Source: Candidatus Dadabacteria bacterium
GTDB lineage: Bacteria; Desulfobacterota_D; UBA1144; Nemesobacterales; UBA2774
Direction of reading: 5' to 3'
DNA length: 64,000 nt
Assembly: GCA_020849425.1 (NCBI GenBank)
Contig: JADLGH010000007.1
Location: forward strand, 2,732 to 66,731
Part shown: positions 1 through 9,688 of the stretch, one piece after another
Layout of the letters: each line of letters begins with the position of its first letter
Position numbering within the stretch: position 1 is the stretch's first letter
Notes under the pieces: model-generated
Seen by the model: only the letters and a program-made list of their open reading frames with translations
Databases searched by the model: none
What the model was told of the DNA's origin: nothing
Program-made: the position numbers and the translations under genes

Positions 1-585
1 ACGCTCGCGAGCATAGCCGAGGAGCATCTCGGCTCGGCCGACCAGTGGCAGCTGATTGCCCAGGCTAACGATAGAAGCAACCCCGACCAGCTCGAGGTAG
101 GACAGACCCTGACCATACCGGCGAGCGGCGAGAGGTCGGACGCCGGGGCGGAGGACCTTTCCACCGACAGCTCCTCCATGCAGAGCGCGAACGACATGAA
201 CAGCCCTGACGACTCCGATTTACAGGCCGGGAATATGAACGATCCTGACAGTGCGACCATTCCAGGCGGCGAGAACGTTGCGGAGCCCGATCAGGAAACG
301 TACGGAGAAACGGCTCGCGACTTCGAGAGCGACAAGGCAAACGACCCTGCAGCCGAGAACGATTCCGCCCTCGACCAGCAGCAGGAAATCAGGGGCGAGA
401 TAACGGAAATAGCGTCGGGCAACGAGTCCGTCACCCTTAAAGACGAGCAGGGAATGACGCATAATCTCAAGCTCGAAGATGAAGGCATAGCCGACGGGGT
501 TTCGGTAGGCGACTTCGTTAAGGCCGAGATCGAAGGCGGAACGGTAGTTTCGCTTGAGAAAGTAGACAGAACCGCTTCCAGATAA
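1..585 (+). CDS. LysM domain protein, 5'-truncated by the window edge; acidic linker and small C-terminal beta domain
   Basis: Frame 1 is open from base 1 (TLASIAEEHLGSADQWQLIAQANDRSNPDQLEVGQTLTIP = LysM) and in frame with ORF 178..585. Confidence 0.8.
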   Translation, partial: TLASIAEEHLGSADQWQLIAQANDRSNPDQLEVGQTLTIPASGERSDAGAEDLSTDSSSMQSANDMNSPDDSDLQAGNMNDPDSATIPGGENVAEPDQETYGETARDFESDKANDPAAENDSALDQQQEIRGEITEIASGNESVTLKDEQGMTHNLKLEDEGIADGVSVGDFVKAEIEGGTVVSLEKVDRTASR

Positions 586-650
586 CAGAAGCGCTCAAAG
601 AAAGACTCTCACACTTTCATCCTCCGGGGCGAATCGAATCGCCCGGATAC

Positions 651-689
651 GGGCCGGCACGGGCAACAAACCCGTGTCGGCCCTTTTTT
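651..689 (+). terminator. Rho-independent terminator
   Basis: Stem GGGCCGGCACGGG / CCCGTGTCGGCCC with 7-nt loop, followed by T6. Confidence 0.75.
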
Positions 690-797
690 CGTTTTTGCCC
701 CGCCGGGCGCACAACTTTGACAACCCATGCTTTATATCAAATAATTTCTTCTCCGGGTTTCCGGAATAAAAGGCGATCCGCGGGGGAAAAGCCGAGA

Positions 798-1379
798 ATG
801 AAATATTTCCGATATACGACGCTTGCGTTGTCGTGTTTCCTTGCCGGGTGTGTCGCAACCCCCGGAACGATACAGGAGCTCAGCGAAAGGCAGGATAATC
901 TCGAGGCCGAAGTAGGCCGCATGTCGGATACGCTCACGGACGTGCAGCGAAAGCTCGAAATACAGAGCGCGCGTATACGGAACCTCGAGCAGAACTATTC
1001 CGATATATATCTGAAACTGGGCGAGCTCCGGGTAAGGCCGTCCCCCATCGGGCCTTCCGAAGCCGCCCCCGACCAGGGGACGGTGGGTCCGCCGGCGCCG
1101 ACAGCGGTGCAGGCCGAGAAAGACCTCTACCTCAGGGCCGGAAAGCTCTACAACCAGGGCCAGTTTTTAAACGCCATACTCGCTTATCAGGTATTCATCG
1201 ATACATATCCCGACGACAGCCGCGTGGCCGACGCCTATCTCAAACAGGGCCTCTCGCTCGTCAGGATCGGCAGAAAGGACGGGGCGAAATTTTTCTTCAG
1301 GACCCTTATAACGAGGTTCCCCGACTCCCCCGAGGCCGGCAAGGCCCGCGAGGAGCTTAAGAGTATCGATTCCGAATAG
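798..1379 (+). CDS. cpoB: Tol-Pal associated CpoB/YbgF-like TPR lipoprotein
   Basis: Lipobox LAGC, coiled coil, C-terminal TPR (YPDDSRVADAYLKQG...FPDSPEA). Confidence 0.7.
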   Translation: MKYFRYTTLALSCFLAGCVATPGTIQELSERQDNLEAEVGRMSDTLTDVQRKLEIQSARIRNLEQNYSDIYLKLGELRVRPSPIGPSEAAPDQGTVGPPAPTAVQAEKDLYLRAGKLYNQGQFLNAILAYQVFIDTYPDDSRVADAYLKQGLSLVRIGRKDGAKFFFRTLITRFPDSPEAGKAREELKSIDSE

Positions 1380-1509
1380 CGGAAGCGGGCGGTATTTGTA
1401 CCTTTTCGTACAATTCCCACTGTCTTCATCCGTACCATGCAGCTTTCCACAACTATAGCGCCGCCGCTAACCCTCCCCGATTATTAAAGATTTTTGGCTC
1501 CTCCCATCG

Positions 1510-1525
1510 TGGCATGGCGGTTGCA
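1510..1525 (+). promoter_or_regulatory. Candidate sigma54 -24/-12 promoter for the OmpA-family gene
   Basis: TGGCAT-N5-TTGCA about 50 bp upstream of ATG 1575. Confidence 0.6.
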
Positions 1526-1574
1526 CTATAGTCACTGCAAAACATACTGCCATGCTTGGAAGGAGGCATAAAAA

Positions 1575-2132
1575 ATGGACAGGGTTAACACACTGGAAGC
1601 TATTTGGAATAAAATTACGAGATATATAGTCCCGGGAACTCTGGGCGTTCTCATGGTATACGGCGCTGGGACCTCGGTCTTGTCCCGGCAGTCCTCGGGC
1701 TCCGAGCTCAAGGTCGAGGCGCCGTCGTACGACGCCCTTTCGGGCGCAGCGGTATCGAACCCCTACAGCCCCGAGCTGAAGGATATATTCTTCGATACTA
1801 ACAGCCATCTTATAAGGGAAGACGCAAACCCGGTCCTCGATGAAAACGCCGAGGTACTGAAGAACGAACCGGGCACGTTCGTGGTGATCGAGGCCTTCTG
1901 CGACTCGAGGGAAGCCCCGGCTTCGAGCCTCGGGGTCAAGAGGGCCGAGAGCGTCAAGGACTACATGGTGGATCACGGAGTCGGGCCCGAGAGAATAATC
2001 ACGGCCAACAAGTGCAACATCTACGACATGCAGCTTGTAAGGAGCGTGGATACAGAGAGGCTCGACAGCAGGGTTCGCTTCATAGCCCTCGACCGGATTA
2101 GCGGCGACGAGTCCTACGCTTTAAACAAATAA
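1575..2132 (+). CDS. OmpA/Pal-like peptidoglycan-binding domain protein
   Basis: DIFFDTNS...LDENAEVLK...CDSR...LGVKRAESVKDYMVDHGV; N-terminal hydrophobic stretch, no lipobox. Confidence 0.75.
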   Translation: MDRVNTLEAIWNKITRYIVPGTLGVLMVYGAGTSVLSRQSSGSELKVEAPSYDALSGAAVSNPYSPELKDIFFDTNSHLIREDANPVLDENAEVLKNEPGTFVVIEAFCDSREAPASSLGVKRAESVKDYMVDHGVGPERIITANKCNIYDMQLVRSVDTERLDSRVRFIALDRISGDESYALNK

Positions 2133-2167
2133 CCGCATAAGGCATATTCTCCTTATCTCCGGATATA

Positions 2168-2215
2168 AAGAGCCGCCCCGAGGGGTTTCCGTCCCCGGGG
2201 GCGGCTTTTTTATTT
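2168..2215 (+). terminator. Rho-independent terminator
   Basis: AGCCGCCCC...GGGGCGGCT followed by a T-tract. Confidence 0.75.
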
Positions 2216-2484
2216 GAGCCGTTCTTCGGCCTACATGCCGCGGCTTCTTCTTTCGCGCTCCTGGCTCTTGAGGAGATAAACGGCCGCGATTATCAAAAGC
2301 ATCGGGAGGAGCATCAAGAGAACATCGGGGAATCCAAAAAGGGGCAGATACGCTTTCTCCCGAAGCCGGGCTGGCCAAATGAGAGAAATCCAGTAAAGTG
2401 TTTAATAATGACAAAAGGATTTTCCGTTAAGGAGAAGCCGGATGTTGTAAACCGTAACATCAATAGGAATAAGGAGAACGGATC

Positions 2485-2868
2485 GTGAAAAAGGTAATCG
2501 CAGCATGCCTGATTGTTATGTTTTGTGGAGCGGCGAATGCTCAACAAGCTCCGCAAACTTTTGCGGTGGTTTGGGAATGGAGTACGGAAGACCGGGATAT
2601 GGTGAATAGTAATCTGGCTGCTCAAACTACGCAGTTAATAGATTTATGGAGGAGCGGAATCGTAGAAAATGTATACTTTAACACGGAAACCAAATTCGCC
2701 GACGACAGGCCGATGCCCGAGGTAGTATTCTTCATTAAAGCCGAAAATGAAGAAGAAGCAAAAAAATTATTAGACGAAATGATATTTGTCAAAAAGAATA
2801 TTGCCAAGTATGAACTGCACCCTGTCGGCGTCCTGTGGCTCACGAAACATGAAACAGAATCTAAATGA
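2485..2868 (+). CDS. Secreted hypothetical protein, muconolactone isomerase/YciI-like fold
   Basis: Signal peptide (ANA-QQ); VVFFIKAENEEEAKKLLDEM..VKKNIAKYELHPV pattern; RBS AAGGAG. Confidence 0.55.
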   Translation: MKKVIAACLIVMFCGAANAQQAPQTFAVVWEWSTEDRDMVNSNLAAQTTQLIDLWRSGIVENVYFNTETKFADDRPMPEVVFFIKAENEEEAKKLLDEMIFVKKNIAKYELHPVGVLWLTKHETESK

Positions 2869-3072
2869 CGGGTAGAGGTTAGGGCTGGATTATTGTATCA
2901 CCCTGAAGTTTTCGTGGACGCGTTTCACGGGCAGCATGTTAAAGCAGTGCATTACCGATCACCATTATGATCTCGTCGGGGATTGATAAGATGGGGGGTT
3001 GATAAGGTCATTGCTCCTTGCCGTCTCTTCGGCATCTTGACCCCGATTGTCAACCGGGAGGAAAAATAACCA

Positions 3073-3642
3073 ATGGACAAACCCGTTAACATTCTCGGCA
3101 TTGCCGGAAGTCTTCGGCACAAGTCCTACAACCGTTCTGCTTTGCGCGCGGCAAAGCGCCTGGCGCCCGAAGATGCGACTCTCGATATCTTTGAACTGAA
3201 CGGTATCCCCGGTTTCAATGAGGACGAAGAGAAAAATCCGCCTGCCAAAGTCGCGGAGTTAAAGAAGCGAATACGCGAGGCGGATGCCGTGCTGATTGTC
3301 ACACCCGAATACAACTATTCCATACCCGGGGTATTGAAGAACGCCATCGACTGGGCGTCCCGGCCTTATGGCGACAACGCATGGTCGGGTAAGCCCGTGG
3401 CCGTCATGGGCGCTTCGATAGGAACGATCGGAACCGCGCGGGCCCAATATCATTTACGTCAGGTCTTCGTCTTTCTGAATATGCATCCCCTAAACCAGCC
3501 CGAGGTTATGATAGGAAATGCAGCCGAGCGATTCGATTCCGATGGAAACCTGACCGACGAGAATTCAAAGGAATTGATCGGCCGGCTTTTAAAGAATCTG
3601 GTAACGTGGGCGCGCCGGCTCCAGAGTCCCGAGCCCGCATGA
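3073..3642 (+). CDS. NAD(P)H-dependent FMN reductase (ChrR-like)
   Basis: GSLRxxSYN, TPEYNYSIPGVLKNAIDWASRP. Confidence 0.92.
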   Translation: MDKPVNILGIAGSLRHKSYNRSALRAAKRLAPEDATLDIFELNGIPGFNEDEEKNPPAKVAELKKRIREADAVLIVTPEYNYSIPGVLKNAIDWASRPYGDNAWSGKPVAVMGASIGTIGTARAQYHLRQVFVFLNMHPLNQPEVMIGNAAERFDSDGNLTDENSKELIGRLLKNLVTWARRLQSPEPA

Positions 3643-3749
3643 TATGGATACGGCAAATACACCTGCGCCCTGTCTACCGAGCCTGAATACCCTTACAGAA
3701 CAGCCGTCGGCGCCGTGATAGCAATGTAATATGTCTAAGAGGGAAGAAT

Positions 3750-4652
3750 TTGAATACGTTTCGCTTACCGGCCGAGTCCCACATCGGTCATGTCCACCTG
3801 CTGGTGTCGAACCTGGAACGAGCCCTGGCCTTCTACGGGGGGCTGCTGGGCTTCCAGGAAGTGGAGCGAAACGGCGCCACGGTCATTCTTTCGGCCACCG
3901 GGCAGCCGCCTCATCACATCCTCATTACAGAACTACCCGATTCGCAGCCCAAGCCATATCGTACGACCGGTCTGTTCCACGTGGCTATTCGCCTCCCCGA
4001 TCGGTACGAATTAGCACGGATATTCAAACATTTGCTGGCGCATGATCAGCATCTCCAGGGGCTTGCCGACCACGGGGTCAGCGAGGCGCTCTACCTGGCC
4101 GATCCGGACGGTAACGGCATCGAGATCTACGCCGATCGCCCGCGAAGTCTCTGGTCGTGGCGGAATGACCAGGTAACCATGACCACCGATCCCCTGGATA
4201 CCCGGGGCCTCCTGGAAACGGCTGGAGATACGAGCTCATGGAAGAATATTCACCCCGAAACCGATATCGGGCACGTGCACCTGCGTGTCTCGGATTTAGC
4301 GCGGGCGGAAGCGTTTTATCATGATCTGCTCGGGTTAGACGTTACCCAGCGGGATTATCCCGGGGCGCTGTTCCTCTCGGCCGGCGGGTACCACCATCAC
4401 GTCGGGCTCAACATCTGGGCCGGGATCGGAGCGCCGCCTCCACCACCCAACGCAGTGGGTCTCCGGTCGTTTGCTCTCTCCGTCCCCGACGAGGAAACCT
4501 GGCGCGCCGTGAAGGCGCGAATGAATTCAGCCGGGGCGGCGGCCGCAGGCGAGCGAAACTACGGTTACGCGACCGGTGCCCTGTTTCGCGATTCCGATGG
4601 GAATGGAATCGAGCTCCTGTTAGAACGAGACAAGCCCGGGAGAAGCGCGTAA
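3750..4652 (+). CDS. VOC family protein, CatE-like catechol 2,3-dioxygenase
   Basis: GHVHL twice, DHGVSEALYLADPDGNGIEIYADRP, AGGYHHH; TTG start. Confidence 0.85.
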   Translation: MNTFRLPAESHIGHVHLLVSNLERALAFYGGLLGFQEVERNGATVILSATGQPPHHILITELPDSQPKPYRTTGLFHVAIRLPDRYELARIFKHLLAHDQHLQGLADHGVSEALYLADPDGNGIEIYADRPRSLWSWRNDQVTMTTDPLDTRGLLETAGDTSSWKNIHPETDIGHVHLRVSDLARAEAFYHDLLGLDVTQRDYPGALFLSAGGYHHHVGLNIWAGIGAPPPPPNAVGLRSFALSVPDEETWRAVKARMNSAGAAAAGERNYGYATGALFRDSDGNGIELLLERDKPGRSA

Positions 4653-4718
4653 CATTCCGCTGCACTGAAAATGCAATTGCTGCGGCGGCAGGTCATATTC
4701 CCTTTTCTAATTCGTTAA

Positions 4719-4730
4719 AATGGCTGGGGC
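4719..4730. repeat. att core, left copy
   Basis: Identical to 9672-9683, which overlaps the tRNA CCA end. Confidence 0.8.
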
Positions 4731-4826
4731 TATTGAATACACTTCGAACCCCGGAATATCATCCTCTTTTAGGTCACTTTACCCGTACAGCTTTCGGGTG
4801 AGGGTCAAAGCACGGGTATCGCGCTT

Positions 4827-5576
4827 TCAGTGATGCTCGTGATTGCTGTTAATCCCGATAACTAATACCAGCAACAGGGTAAGGGTAGCGGGAAGAGAAA
4901 GTACCAATAAACCCCAGCCGGGCGAGTTTTTCCCTGTTGCCGGATCGTAATTGAAACAGGAAAAAGACCGTTTGTTGTCGGGTAAAGGATAGGAAGGTAC
5001 GAAAACATCGTTTATTTCTACTATCATGGCGCCAAGGGCCGCCTCATTTCTCAATCCTATCAGTTTCTTGGTAATGAGACCGTTCCTGTTAATTCCTATC
5101 AACAACGCTTCGTGATCGAATTGCCTTTTGGCGCCGGCCCGGACAGGGTTAAACCCTATGGACCGGTTTAACTTATCGATCTCGCGAGAGACAGCAAACT
5201 CCCACCTGGGATCTTCGTCCAGGGTAAATCTTTTGGCCATACCCTGCATATCCTCAAGGGTATCGAGCGGATCGAAGCTGAGTACGAGAATCGTAAACTC
5301 CCTTTTGGGGTCTATCAATTCGATGTTCTCCTTCAACCTCATCAGGAGCGGATTGCAAACGCCGGCACAGCGTGTATAAACCAGGGTTAATATTATCGGC
5401 CGACCGCTGTATATTTCCGACAGGTATATGCCTCCTTCCTCCGTTGTTACCCTTATATCCGCTACGGGTTGATATATATTAGTCTCCTCATCCAAATTAT
5501 AGACCGGAGTCAGTGCGTATAATTTCGGAGCCCATAATAGAAGGATCATCGGGAATATGTAAGCAGCTTTAAGCAT
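4827..5576 (-). CDS. SCO/SenC family copper chaperone
   Basis: YTRCAGVC (CxxxC) and a conserved His (FDH); signal peptide; C-terminal TM. Confidence 0.88.
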   Translation of the reverse strand: MLKAAYIFPMILLLWAPKLYALTPVYNLDEETNIYQPVADIRVTTEEGGIYLSEIYSGRPIILTLVYTRCAGVCNPLLMRLKENIELIDPKREFTILVLSFDPLDTLEDMQGMAKRFTLDEDPRWEFAVSREIDKLNRSIGFNPVRAGAKRQFDHEALLIGINRNGLITKKLIGLRNEAALGAMIVEINDVFVPSYPLPDNKRSFSCFNYDPATGKNSPGWGLLVLSLPATLTLLLVLVIGINSNHEHH

Positions 5577-6988
5577 TTTCGTAATATATCCCAAAAGAAA
5601 ATGAGAACTGCCGCCAGATATACGGCGGCGAATACAGCCGCAATCCGGGCAAAAGATGCAGCTAATGAAAACTCCATCGGATAAATATTGAACCTTCTGG
5701 GAATTGAATATGCGCCTCCCAGATAGAACATCAAAAGAAATCCTGTTCCACCGACGAGCAGTAGTGCTATCTTTAGCCTGTTGGCTCCGCCACTCTCACC
5801 AATGCCGGCAAAACGGTTTGCCGCCCAGTTAAAAAAGGCCAGGCTGAACAAAACATTCCCCATGGCATTATAAGTATGAAAATGCGCCGGCACCCACAGG
5901 GTGTTGTGCAGCACAAGATTATTGGTGATCGTAGCATCGATCACGGCGCCTAATCCGCCGATTACCCATCCCGCCACACCCATGAAATACAAAACGTTAG
6001 TGAGCGACCAGCGTATCGAATTGCGGTAAATCAAGGTCAGAACGCTAAAAACAGTCACGACGGCCGCCGGTAAACTCGCCAGGTAAGAGGCTACCTGTCC
6101 TACAATCTGAAAGCTCTCCGGCTGAACGAAATCCATATACATATGATGGAAGAACGCAGTGAGGATAAAAACCAGGGTACAATTCCACGCCAGAGCGACA
6201 TACCAGGTAGTTTTCCATTTGGGGCGGCCGCTCACTTCCGGGAATAGCTCATATAGGGTCGCCAAGCCCAGATAGAGCATCTCGTTCGCGATGGTGTGAC
6301 CGAAGAAATAGGTAAGGTTCTTCATCAGGAGCGGATCATTTACAAACGTTCCCGAAGAAAAATACTCCGCGAAGAAGAGCACGATCAGTAATACTGCAGC
6401 CAGCAAACAGGTGATAACTCCGATTAAAGTTATAACGGTTATCAAAATAAACGGCGGGGTTTCAAAAGATGGATTCTTACCGAAGTGCTGCCATGCGAGC
6501 GCCCGTGTGATCGAATATTTCTTAAAAATCGCCATCAGCAGACTTACGCTCCACACCAGCCAGCCGACACCCAGGATTGTCAAAGAAACGAAAAATAATG
6601 GAGTGGCCCACCCCGCCCAGGCGATTTTAAAGGGCAAGGGATATAAAAAAGTCCATCCGGTGTGAAATTTGCCGACAAACGTAGTTACCCATAACAGTAC
6701 GACCCCGATTATGGTAAACAGCAGCGCAAATATGTTTGACTTTACCGGCGCAGAGACATAGCGCTGCATTAAATAATTCACACCGACCATTCCCGCTACG
6801 AACCAAATCCCGATCATGGTAAACCCGTGAGTGGTCATCTGGGAATAGAAGACTACGGGTGATTGACTGATTACCCCTCCCTGGCTGAGCCGCATGATTA
6901 TTCCCAATACCACGCTCAGGATAAAGAGCAAAAGTATGGCAATGATCCAGATAGATGTGGTTCTTGCGAGTGTAGTTCTTTCCATCAT
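5546..6988 (-). CDS. Heme-copper oxidase superfamily subunit I, probable sNOR-type nitric oxide reductase
   Basis: About 12 TM; six His ligands (THG, GHTIAN, HHMYMD, HFH); helix VI has H-x3-N instead of H-x3-Y. Confidence 0.8.
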   Translation of the reverse strand: MMERTTLARTTSIWIIAILLLFILSVVLGIIMRLSQGGVISQSPVVFYSQMTTHGFTMIGIWFVAGMVGVNYLMQRYVSAPVKSNIFALLFTIIGVVLLWVTTFVGKFHTGWTFLYPLPFKIAWAGWATPLFFVSLTILGVGWLVWSVSLLMAIFKKYSITRALAWQHFGKNPSFETPPFILITVITLIGVITCLLAAVLLIVLFFAEYFSSGTFVNDPLLMKNLTYFFGHTIANEMLYLGLATLYELFPEVSGRPKWKTTWYVALAWNCTLVFILTAFFHHMYMDFVQPESFQIVGQVASYLASLPAAVVTVFSVLTLIYRNSIRWSLTNVLYFMGVAGWVIGGLGAVIDATITNNLVLHNTLWVPAHFHTYNAMGNVLFSLAFFNWAANRFAGIGESGGANRLKIALLLVGGTGFLLMFYLGGAYSIPRRFNIYPMEFSLAASFARIAAVFAAVYLAAVLIFFWDILRKCLKLLTYSR

Positions 6989-6995
6989 AATTTAA

Positions 6996-7559
6996 TCACC
7001 TTACTGTAAACGATGCTCTCATTACGGCATGCGCCAATCCGCAAAACTCGAGACACAGCACCTTATAAGTTCCCGGCTTTTCGAACTTCCACCTGAGACG
7101 GTTTACGTAACCCGGCATGGCCTGCGTCTGGGCTATAAGGTTGTTGCTTTCATCGTATATGCCAAACCCGTGGTTAACGTCCAGGCTCGTTACCCTGAAC
7201 TCGACCAGCTCGCCTCTTTTCAATTCTATCGCCTCTCCTGCGCCGGGATTTCCGGGTCCTATAGCCTCAGAGGACAGGGCCCAGTAATACTGCTGGGCAG
7301 CAACGAACACAACCCTCGAAGGACTCTCCTTTTCAAACAGGTAATATGGTGATTTCGGAATGGTGAATGAAGCAAAAATAAAGAGGGCTGCGGTCAAAAG
7401 CAAAAAGAACCAGAATCGCTGGGTGTTATTAAGGCCTTTTCCGTCTTCCTTTTGCGAACTTTTTGCACCCGATGAGAGATAGACGTAGACGAATACTATG
7501 GCGACAAGTGCTGCCAGCAGCAAGAATAAGACTAGAATGAATTCATGTTTATCGCTCAT
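6996..7559 (-). CDS. Heme-copper oxidase subunit II with CuA site
   Basis: DVNHGF...CLEFCGLAHAVM CuA motif; two N-terminal TMs. Confidence 0.9.
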   Translation of the reverse strand: MSDKHEFILVLFLLLAALVAIVFVYVYLSSGAKSSQKEDGKGLNNTQRFWFFLLLTAALFIFASFTIPKSPYYLFEKESPSRVVFVAAQQYYWALSSEAIGPGNPGAGEAIELKRGELVEFRVTSLDVNHGFGIYDESNNLIAQTQAMPGYVNRLRWKFEKPGTYKVLCLEFCGLAHAVMRASFTVR

Positions 7560-7659
7560 ATCACCCCCTCATCCGTCCTCGATCACAGCATTTAAATTTT
7601 TTCTGCGCCCCGGTCGCTCTACAAAAATGCGTTGGATAACTGGATAAAAATGCACTTCC

Positions 7660-7690
7660 TTGACATCAGCCCTATATCATTTTATGATAT
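7660..7690 (+). promoter_or_regulatory. sigma70 promoter overlapped by an inverted-repeat operator
   Basis: TTGACA-17-TATGAT; perfect inverted repeat ATATCAT-ttt-ATGATAT at 7674-7690 between divergent genes. Confidence 0.55.
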
Positions 7691-7743
7691 TATCATGAGA
7701 ATGTGATAAATGCAATTCTCGGTTTCTACCGGATCGATAGATA

Positions 7744-8193
7744 ATGATTTCTCAAACATCACGTTATGCTTTAAAAGCTTTGGTTTTTCTCGTTCAGAAG
7801 GGTGGGGGGGGTCCCGTCAAAGTAAAGGAAGTCTCAGAAAATTTGGATATCCCCCAAAACTACCTCTCAAAAATATTTCACGTGCTCACCCGAAGCGGCG
7901 TGTTGAAATCGACCACCGGAAAATCAGGGGGGTTTCAGCTGGCGGTCCCGACCGACCGGCTTCTGCTCGCGAAAATTATAGCGCCGTTCGAGTCGTCCGA
8001 ATTCCCCGTCGCATGCATACTCGGTCAAGCCGTATGCTCGGATGAAAATCCGTGCGCGGCCCACAACAAATGGAAGGCAATTTCAGCACTCGTCGGCTCT
8101 TTCTTCGACATGACGACACTCCAGGAGATTCTGGAACGAGAAAATATGCATGACGGATGCGCCGCTGCCGCGACATTATCCGAGGAACAATAA
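7744..8193 (+). CDS. Rrf2 family transcriptional regulator (3 Cys, probable Fe-S)
   Basis: ISQTSRYAL..IPQNYLSKI..GKSGGFQLA..CILGQAVCSDENPC. Confidence 0.92.
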   Translation: MISQTSRYALKALVFLVQKGGGGPVKVKEVSENLDIPQNYLSKIFHVLTRSGVLKSTTGKSGGFQLAVPTDRLLLAKIIAPFESSEFPVACILGQAVCSDENPCAAHNKWKAISALVGSFFDMTTLQEILERENMHDGCAAAATLSEEQ

Positions 8194-8247
8194 ACCGGGT
8201 TATATCGCAAGGATTAACAAAACTCATCTATAAGGAGGTAAGACAAA

Positions 8248-8724
8248 ATGGAGCATAATAATTTTCTCGAGGCTTTCAAAGAAGAGCATAAGATAATTTT
8301 TAATAATTTGCTGAGCCTGAAAGACGCGGTGGAACGAAAAGACACCGAGGACGCTGAAAATCTGGTCAGGTTTCTGGATGAGATCATGGGACCTCATTTC
8401 AGGGTCGAGGAGGAAGCTCTCTACCCGATGTTGGCCGAATACTTTGGAGAGGATAGCGTCGAACACCTCCTGGAGGAACATACGATGGCAACCGAGGCAA
8501 TGAATGAATTCAAGCATAACATCGGGAACAAACAATATATGGTCGAGCGTGGAGAAGACACGTTAAAAAAACTTCAAGGATTTTTCCTGCATGTAACGAG
8601 CTGCGACGGGCTCTCCATAATAATCGAAAAGTTCTCAGACCGCCAGAAAAAGAATCTCGACGCACATCTGACGAAGGTCAGGGACGAGGCAATTCCTCTG
8701 ACAGTTTGGAAACAGGGAATATAA
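8248..8724 (+). CDS. Hemerythrin (HHE) domain protein
   Basis: EEH...HFRVEEEALYP...EEH...H pattern. Confidence 0.8.
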   Translation: MEHNNFLEAFKEEHKIIFNNLLSLKDAVERKDTEDAENLVRFLDEIMGPHFRVEEEALYPMLAEYFGEDSVEHLLEEHTMATEAMNEFKHNIGNKQYMVERGEDTLKKLQGFFLHVTSCDGLSIIIEKFSDRQKKNLDAHLTKVRDEAIPLTVWKQGI

Positions 8725-8862
8725 CCCGTACTCGACATAAACGAGTAAGGAAATGAATAGTGAGGAATCCTGGATCAGTTGTTCATACGTAAGTACCCGA
8801 TATGACGGGATAGTCACAAATAATTATTATAGAGGTCGAAAGCAATTCGAAGCATAAATGTC

Positions 8863-9240
8863 ATGGAAACACATATAAAACAATTTCTTCTCAATGCAGA
8901 TTCGAAAGCGCTGGCAACGCTGTCTCGCGATGGTGCAATTAACGTCGTCCCTGTATCATCGATAAAAATTATCGAAGACAAGATCGTGCTCGTTAATTAC
9001 TTCATGGAAAAAACATTAGATAATATCCTGAGCAATGATAATATTGCACTGGTCGCATGGTCCGGAATGGCAGGATATCAGGTTAAAGGCAAGGCGGAAT
9101 ACAGGACATCCGGTGATACTTTTGACATGGTGACAAGCTGGATTAGAGAGACTATCCCTGGTCGTGTAGTAAAAGGCGTTCTCATCATAGAATCTGCTGA
9201 AGTTTACAATGTCGCACCCGACAAAAAAAGGCCGGAATAA
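8863..9240 (+). CDS. Pyridoxamine 5'-phosphate oxidase family FMN-binding protein
   Basis: LATLSRDG.INVVP...KTLDNI..N..IAL...GYQVKG. Confidence 0.85.
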   Translation: METHIKQFLLNADSKALATLSRDGAINVVPVSSIKIIEDKIVLVNYFMEKTLDNILSNDNIALVAWSGMAGYQVKGKAEYRTSGDTFDMVTSWIRETIPGRVVKGVLIIESAEVYNVAPDKKRPE

Positions 9241-9394
9241 GATTATCTTCCGCAACATCGCGAGCCGCGAGGTAATGCACTAGACCGAGCCGGTGTCCTG
9301 AACGATATAAGTCCTTATATGTCCCGGTACAGGAAAGTTTTACAGTATGTGACCTAAAGAAGTAAGAGTCATGTCTTCCGGGGGCTTGACACCA

Positions 9395-9688
9395 TTAGAC
9401 AAGAGTATTACTACCGACGCAGAAAGTGTCATGAACTAAAAACCAGGCAATATTCGATTAACGAGCGGATTAAAAGGTATCTAAAGCCGATGGAACTTTC
9501 AAAGTTACTCTTTCCATAGCATCAGGGCTTATGAGCTTTTCGAAAGTTCGAAAATAGAGCAAAAGAGGAAACTGATCAACCATGTATTTTCGAGCCTCGA
9601 ATTAGATGCAACCCTCCGTTATTCTTTGAAAAAACCCTTTGATTTAATGGTAGATTGCCATACTCATAAGGAATGGCTGGGGCACTAG
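9395..9688 (+). pseudogene. Frameshifted 3' remnant of a large serine recombinase
   Basis: Fragments LDKSITTD / HELKTRQYSINERI / KADGTFKVTLS / RAYELFESSKIEQKRKLINHVFSSLEL...LKKPFDLM...EWLGH*; stop lies inside the tRNA. Confidence 0.7.

Larger units (their letters stand above)
4719..9683. mobile_element. Decayed integrative element at the 3' end of tRNA-Gln carrying an NO-reductase-like cluster
   Basis: 12-bp direct repeat AATGGCTGGGGC at 4719-4730 and 9672-9683; recombinase remnant at the right end; visibly lower GC than the flanks. Confidence 0.75.

Noticed and set aside
5546..6988. Annotation as ordinary cytochrome c oxidase subunit I
   Set aside because: The helix VI cross-link Tyr position is Asn
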